Below, in pieces: positions 60,011 through 64,000 of a stretch of DNA of 64,000 nt. The number at the start of each line of letters is the position of its first letter. Within the stretch, counting starts at the first letter, position 1. The DNA lies in contig CM052817.1 in NCBI GenBank assembly GCA_028534125.1, forward strand, positions 33,420,001 through 33,484,000, given 5' to 3'. Below the pieces are notes generated by a model that saw nothing but the letters and a program-made list of their open reading frames with translations, did not search any database and had not been told where the DNA came from. The position numbers and the translations under genes are program-made. Origin of the DNA: Lama glama. Lineage: Eukaryota.

Positions 60011-60862
60011 CACAACCAACAGAGGGCTTGCTACATAACATTTCCATTGTTTTCAAAATATTATAAAAGAATAGCAAATGAAGCAATATTATACAGAAAG
60101 GTAACTTTCCCATCTGAAAGCCTGCAGTACCTACCTCAGTGGGTCCTTTCAACTGAAATACATATTTAGTGCTCCCTGCCAGGAAGAAGCTGCTGCTTCA
60201 GATACATTTGGGCTGAAATACGAAAATGTCCACCGTGTTGTTCTAACCTCTGCTGCGACCGTTTACATGGTCATTGCTTTCTAGACAATTGCATTTTTCG
60301 TCCCCAAAAACTGCCAAAGGAAGGTCTGCACAGATTTCAGTTAAGACAATAGAGTCAAAAAGGCTTCAGGTGGCGTGCTATTAGGTCCTGAGCCCCAGCA
60401 GGAAGGCACCAACCTGAAACCTGATGGGAGGAATGGGGTCAGCAGTTTCTGCTACTTGGGAGGGCCCTATTTCATGCCACTGAGCTAGGTACCTCCTCCA
60501 CAGACCTCCAGTCTTATCAGCTGCAGGGGACAGACACCGTGAGCCCCATTTGGCAGACGAGGAATGGGCCTGGAGTTGCCGAGTGTCACTATGTGCCTGA
60601 ACCTGGTTCCAGCTGGACCCCTCTGGCTCCAGCATCAGCATTCCTTGCAGTCCGCACAGTGTCCAACCAGCTCTTGGTCCCTTTCCCTGTCATTTCTGAA
60701 ACCAGAAGCAATCCATTTCGGGATCTGATCATCTGCCAGAAAGTTCTTCTCAAGATCTACCATAAATCTCATCTGCTACCATTTATGTCTCCCTCTCTCC
60801 TCTCCCGCTGTGTATCTGACACCCTCCCCCCATGGTGATCTCATTGGGTGTTCACTCCAACC

Positions 60863-61057
60863 CAGTGGTTTTGTCCCCGCCCCAGGGACATTTAGCCATG
60901 TCAAGAGATACTTTGGGAGTCACAACCAAGGGAGAAGATACGCTACGGGCACCCGGGAGCAGAGAGCAGAGAGGCTGTTAAGCATCCAGCAACACACAGG
61001 ACAGCCCCCCATATCAAGAATTATGTGGCCCCAACAGTGCCAAGGCTGAGAAACCTG
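60863..61057 (+). mobile_element. MER20 hAT-Charlie MITE
   Basis: cagtggttt..cccagggacatttagccatgtcaagagatactttgggagtcacaac..acaggacagccccc..aagaattatgtggcccc..aaggctgagaaacctg. Confidence 0.85.
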
Positions 61058-62249
61058 AAAACAGGACTCTTGATGTTGGTGCCCCAAATCCACTTCTCCT
61101 CTAGTCTTCCCGTTCTCCCTAAAAGCTGCCGTCTCTCACAAGCAGCTCAGACCCCAAACCTGAGTCTGCCTTGATTTGTCCCTTTGTCTCACCCCTTTTC
61201 TTCAGGCAAATTTTACTTGTCCCTATTTGGAAAAGAATCCCTTGCTCTCTGACTCATATCTCAACATTGGCAATGGTTTAATTTACATATTAAAATATCT
61301 GTTCATTCATGTAATCAGCAAATGATGATGGGGAGACCACCGAGCACTCAGCCACCACATCAGCTTTCTCCAGGATTGCCAAGCCTCTTCACCTGGGAAA
61401 CTTTCACACAGGCAGTTCAGCCCTGGTGAGGAGTTCACTGAATGGAGTTTAAGAGGGTTTGCAAAAACAGCAAATGAAAAGTTTAAGGTTAAAATCAATA
61501 TCAAATTGCATAAAGTGAAGAGAAAGCCAACCAAAGGGAATTCAGAACCATTCAAAGCCAGATCGTTATCGTGACCCTGTGTCCACCCGGGCAGCATGGG
61601 CTGTGGGGGCCTGCCGCTGTGCTGGTCCTCGGGTTGCTTACAGTCTACATGGGACAGAATGTGTAGGGAGAACAGATTATCTAAACCAACTCCCAGAAAT
61701 TAAGTCCGGGTGAGCGCTGCCTGCCCCTTGACCTCTCAGAAGACCTTCCCTTCTTCCAAAGGTGCCACCTCTGTTCAGATCTGCAGAGAGGCCCCTGTCT
61801 GGCCACAAAGGTCATGTCACTAAAAGGAAGCCCAGGGCTTCAGAGACATGGCTGCTCTTTTTCCAGAAAAGGCATAGAGCCGTTCTGTCCCGCATCTCAT
61901 CCACTGGGCTTAGCTGCTCCCAGAAGTCCACTGGGAATCTTTGTTAAGTGGCCACCCTAAAAGGAGACACAATAGGTTTGAGGCCATCAAACAGGCATCC
62001 CAGGAAATGATTCAAGGCACAATTCTGCCTTCCAGGCCCAGAGCAATGGTTTCAGCAGTACCGGGATGGCTCCAGGGAAGTCTTCCATATTCACCCTACA
62101 CCTGAAGACCCTGGGCAAGTCATCGGGGCGGGGCGGGGGGGCACCGAACATCAAGGTAGGCTCTGGGAACCCTTGTGATCCCACCCCCAGGAGCGAGCTG
62201 GGTCTAGGACAGACCTAAACATTTTTCTTGCACACCATAGATGTGGAGT

Positions 62250-62410
62250 CCTCAAGTGACCTTGGGCAAGTCACACAACTCCATGAACCTCATTTTCCAA
62301 TGAGAAAAATGAGGATAGTAATACCTACTTCAAAGTTCTTGCCAAGATTAAATGAGCTACTACACGTAAAGCACTTACCACAAAACCTTCTCTAAGTATT
62401 ATGTATAATT

Positions 62411-62466
<56 letters not shown>

Positions 62467-62510
62467 GCTTTTAGCACAGAGCCCGGCATGTAGCACTCAC
62501 TCAGTATTAA
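62250..62510 (+). mobile_element. MIR SINE containing an (ATT)n expansion
   Basis: gtgaccttgggcaagtcacacaactccatgaacctcattttcc..aaaatgaggatagtaatacctacttc..aagattaaatgagc. Confidence 0.85.
62413..62463. repeat. Perfect (ATT)17 microsatellite
   Basis: 51 bp of uninterrupted att repeats. Confidence 0.97.
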
Positions 62511-63519
62511 CCTTTACGACTTAGGCCTACTGTACACCTGGAAGTCAGGCGAGCTTGTAAAGCCCTGAGATGCTAGGATTCATCCACAGGTTTCATACTG
62601 TCATTAGAAAGAAACAGGGAAAAACAAAGGCTCCTATTTTCAAAAGGAATAATCAACATTTATTAAGCACCTACTGCTTGCCAGGTACCGAGCAAGGCGC
62701 TGAAGATACGATGGTGAATTAAAGAAAGCTTGCTGCTTTCTTAGTGGTTCTTAGTAATTGCAAGGTCACACACCCCCTCTGAAAACTGAACTAATTACAT
62801 TGATCCTTTAATGGTGAGACGAAGAAGGTGTTTCTTGGCAATGTTTTCCCTTGATCCTGGTTCCTTGGTAAATAGTTGAATCACAACAATACCCAGACAG
62901 TCACCTGGGAGGGCGCTGTGAACTTCATCTGGCTTGGCCACCACGCCCACCTCCCCGCAGGCGGTCACCTAGCCCCAAGCAAACGCTTTGATAAAGGCGG
63001 GTGTGTGTGAGACCTACAGAGAATCACAATTAGATTTCCACAGGATGAATGGAAAGATAAGAACTATGCACTGTGCTCCTTGTTTGCTTAAAAAAAAAAA
63101 GTGCCCAAGATAGCTGCAGAGAGACAGGGGATCTCTCCTGGAACTCCTTTTTTGATTATAAAACTCAGTTTTCTTATCGAGCCAATTCCAAAGTCACCCT
63201 TATGGCCATCATCTCTGGAATTTCACCCCTGCCTGCCTTTGGCCCTTGCTCTTCATCACTTTTCCAGCTCCCTCTGGCTCAGGGAGATGGCAGCACCAGG
63301 CTGTGTCAGGGGTGGGAGGGGCATCTCTCCTGGTCCAGGCCCAGGTCATCAGAGTTCTAAGCCTGAGACAGTCACCCTTGGCCCCGTGCACTGAGCCAGC
63401 TTGTTTGACTTGAAGACGGATCACAGGCTGGCCAAGCAGACAAAGCTCTGAACCATCTCCCCTGACCCTCCAGGCCCCTCACAACCTAACACCACCCAGC
63501 CTGTCTCCAAACACTTGCC

Positions 63520-63865
63520 ACCCTCCCCCTACCCTCCCCATGCTTTCATCCCTCCTTGCCTTTGCCTGCGGTGTTCCCACTATCAGAAAAGACCTGCTCC
63601 TTCCTTCAAACTTTTGTATCTGCTCATCTCTCCAGACCAAACTGGATCCTTGTCTTTTTCTTGAGGCACTCCTTTCAATGTCTGTCCTTTCCTCTCCGCG
63701 GGGCCCCAGGGCACTGCCCCTAGTAAGGTCCTGCACACAGCGTGTCTCCCCACGATGTAAGTTCCTGGATGGCTGCAGGCGGGCTTGATTGATTTTTGTA
63801 ATTTCTGGTCCGTGGGAGGCTCTCAATAAATGGAAGATGAATGGCTAACTGACTGAATAAAGAAA
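63520..63865 (+). mobile_element. L2 LINE 3' portion
   Basis: tgtctccccacgatgtaagttcctggatggc..ggaggctctcaataaatggaagatgaatggctaactgactgaat. Confidence 0.75.
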
Positions 63866-63939
63866 TGACCTCATTCTCAATTTGTTAACAAAAGTGACTC
63901 TTCTGTAGGGTCACAGAAAGACATTAGAGATCATTTTCC

Positions 63940-64000
63940 CCAGCCCAGTTCTACTTCTTACTAGTTGTGTGGCCTTGGGTAAGTTACTTAACCTCTCTGT
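63940..64000 (+). mobile_element. MIR core, runs off the window end
   Basis: cccagttctacttcttactagttgtgtggccttgggtaagttacttaacctctctgt. Confidence 0.9.

Noticed and set aside
1..64000. CRISPR array, operon, non-retroviral endogenous virus or other novel multi-gene system
   Set aside because: No regularly spaced repeat-spacer array, no long coding sequence and no viral-like ORF; content is typical mammalian interspersed repeat and unique non-coding DNA.

Overview
Non-coding, repeat-rich mammalian DNA (intergenic or deep intronic), almost certainly from a camelid, judging by a tRNA-derived Vic-1-type SINE at 57172-57308 and the absence of recognisable ruminant, pig or primate SINEs. No ORF in the six-frame track looks like a host protein. 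The only recognisable peptides are decayed LINE-1 ORF1/ORF2 remnants. The window holds many ancient MIR and L2 fragments, L1M-age and younger L1 3' ends, MaLR/ERVL LTRs (MLT1, MLT2), an ERV1-like solo LTR, hAT and Tigger DNA-transposon relics, a full-length U6 snRNA retro-pseudogene with target-site duplication (TSD), microsatellites and two 500-N scaffold gaps. I could not support a new biological system. The most unusual observations are structural scars: an exact 53-bp copy 1.64 kb from its apparent donor, a TSD-bounded L1 insertion carrying about 0.8 kb of extra sequence, an inverted L1 block splitting a MIR tail, and fold-back quasi-palindromes. Several repeat-poor blocks also show enhancer-like motif grammar or splice signals. 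Repeat subfamily names come from recalled consensus sequences, not an alignment run, and boundaries of old repeats are approximate (tens of bp) unless a TSD is quoted.
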